Source: Balanoglossus misakiensis
Taxonomy: Eukaryota; Animalia; Hemichordata
Reading direction: 5' to 3'
NCBI GenBank assembly: GCA_040954595.2
Contig: CM082587.2
Span: forward strand, 7,863,705-7,927,704
Length of the DNA: 64,000 bases
Made by a program: the position numbers and the translations under genes. The notes below the pieces were generated by a model that saw only the letters and a program-made list of their open reading frames with translations, made no database searches and was not told the origin of the DNA. Of the stretch, positions 63,422 to 64,000 are shown piece by piece (position 1 is the first letter of the stretch; the number at the start of each line of letters is the position of its first letter).

Positions 63422-64000
63422 CCATTTCTTCTTCAATTTTTACAGACAGACAGAGAAAGTCTGCATGGTCTCATACTTTCATTTGACTGTTGCATTGAAT
63501 ACTGCTAAGGCTTTATACATTAACCCCTGATGTTTAGATAATTTAACAATTAAGGAATAGCTCTTTTCACCATGGGTGTATTGGAGGAAGGAATGGCAAC
63601 ATTTTTAACAAAGGCGAAAGATGGCAGCTTGCTAAGACAGAACATTTTAAAGAATACTACAATGTTATTGGAGTGTGCCGCTATTACATCCATTGTCTTA
63701 GGTTGATGAGAGCTCGATGTACAATGCAAATGGATAAAAATGTAAGAAGAAATCGGAGATAGCATTGTAAGCAATTAGGATATTCGACGAATACTAGAAA
63801 ATGCGGAGAGTCTTCACATTTGCGCTATGATTGTCCCTCTTGAGAAGTAACTGAAGACAACTTATCCAAAGAGAGTGCCGTGGAACCATGCATTATTTGT
63901 ATTAGTCTTCTGCCTCTATCTTCAGCTTGTGCGTTGTGATATTGTTTTGGTGTCGAGTTACGAGACATTTACTTATTTGTGGCCAACGTCGTTTATTTTA

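Overview
Eukaryotic, AT-rich, intron-containing DNA, probably a marine invertebrate deuterostome (hemichordate/echinoderm-like; taxon is inference only). Most ORF-track entries are exon pieces or repeat artefacts, so I built spliced models by hand from GT/AG sites and reading frame. Left to right: a dynein light chain roadblock gene (-); two tandem C-type lectin units (+), the second ending in a PAN/Apple domain; three recent paralogs (-,+,+) of a secreted, acidic, 14-Cys protein I do not recognise, with replacement-rich exon divergence, mosaic ancestry and a reconstructable inversion that split a MITE; a secreted, probably GPI-anchored two-repeat protein with a 1-bp frameshift; a 23.9-kb repeat block (31129-55018) of ~175 copies of a quasi-palindromic 88-bp monomer, ~14.3 copies of a ~553-bp monomer each carrying a tRNA-like Pol III cassette, and ~6 more 88-mers, bounded by an AGCAGG direct repeat and imperfect inverted ends; a complete TRAF2-like gene (+); and an orphan adenosine-deaminase-like exon. 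Many small MITEs with clear TSDs are interspersed. The best candidates for something undescribed are the satellite-built putative mobile unit with its tRNA-like array and the diversifying Cys-rich secreted gene trio. No database search was run; coordinates were counted by hand and may be off by a base or two.
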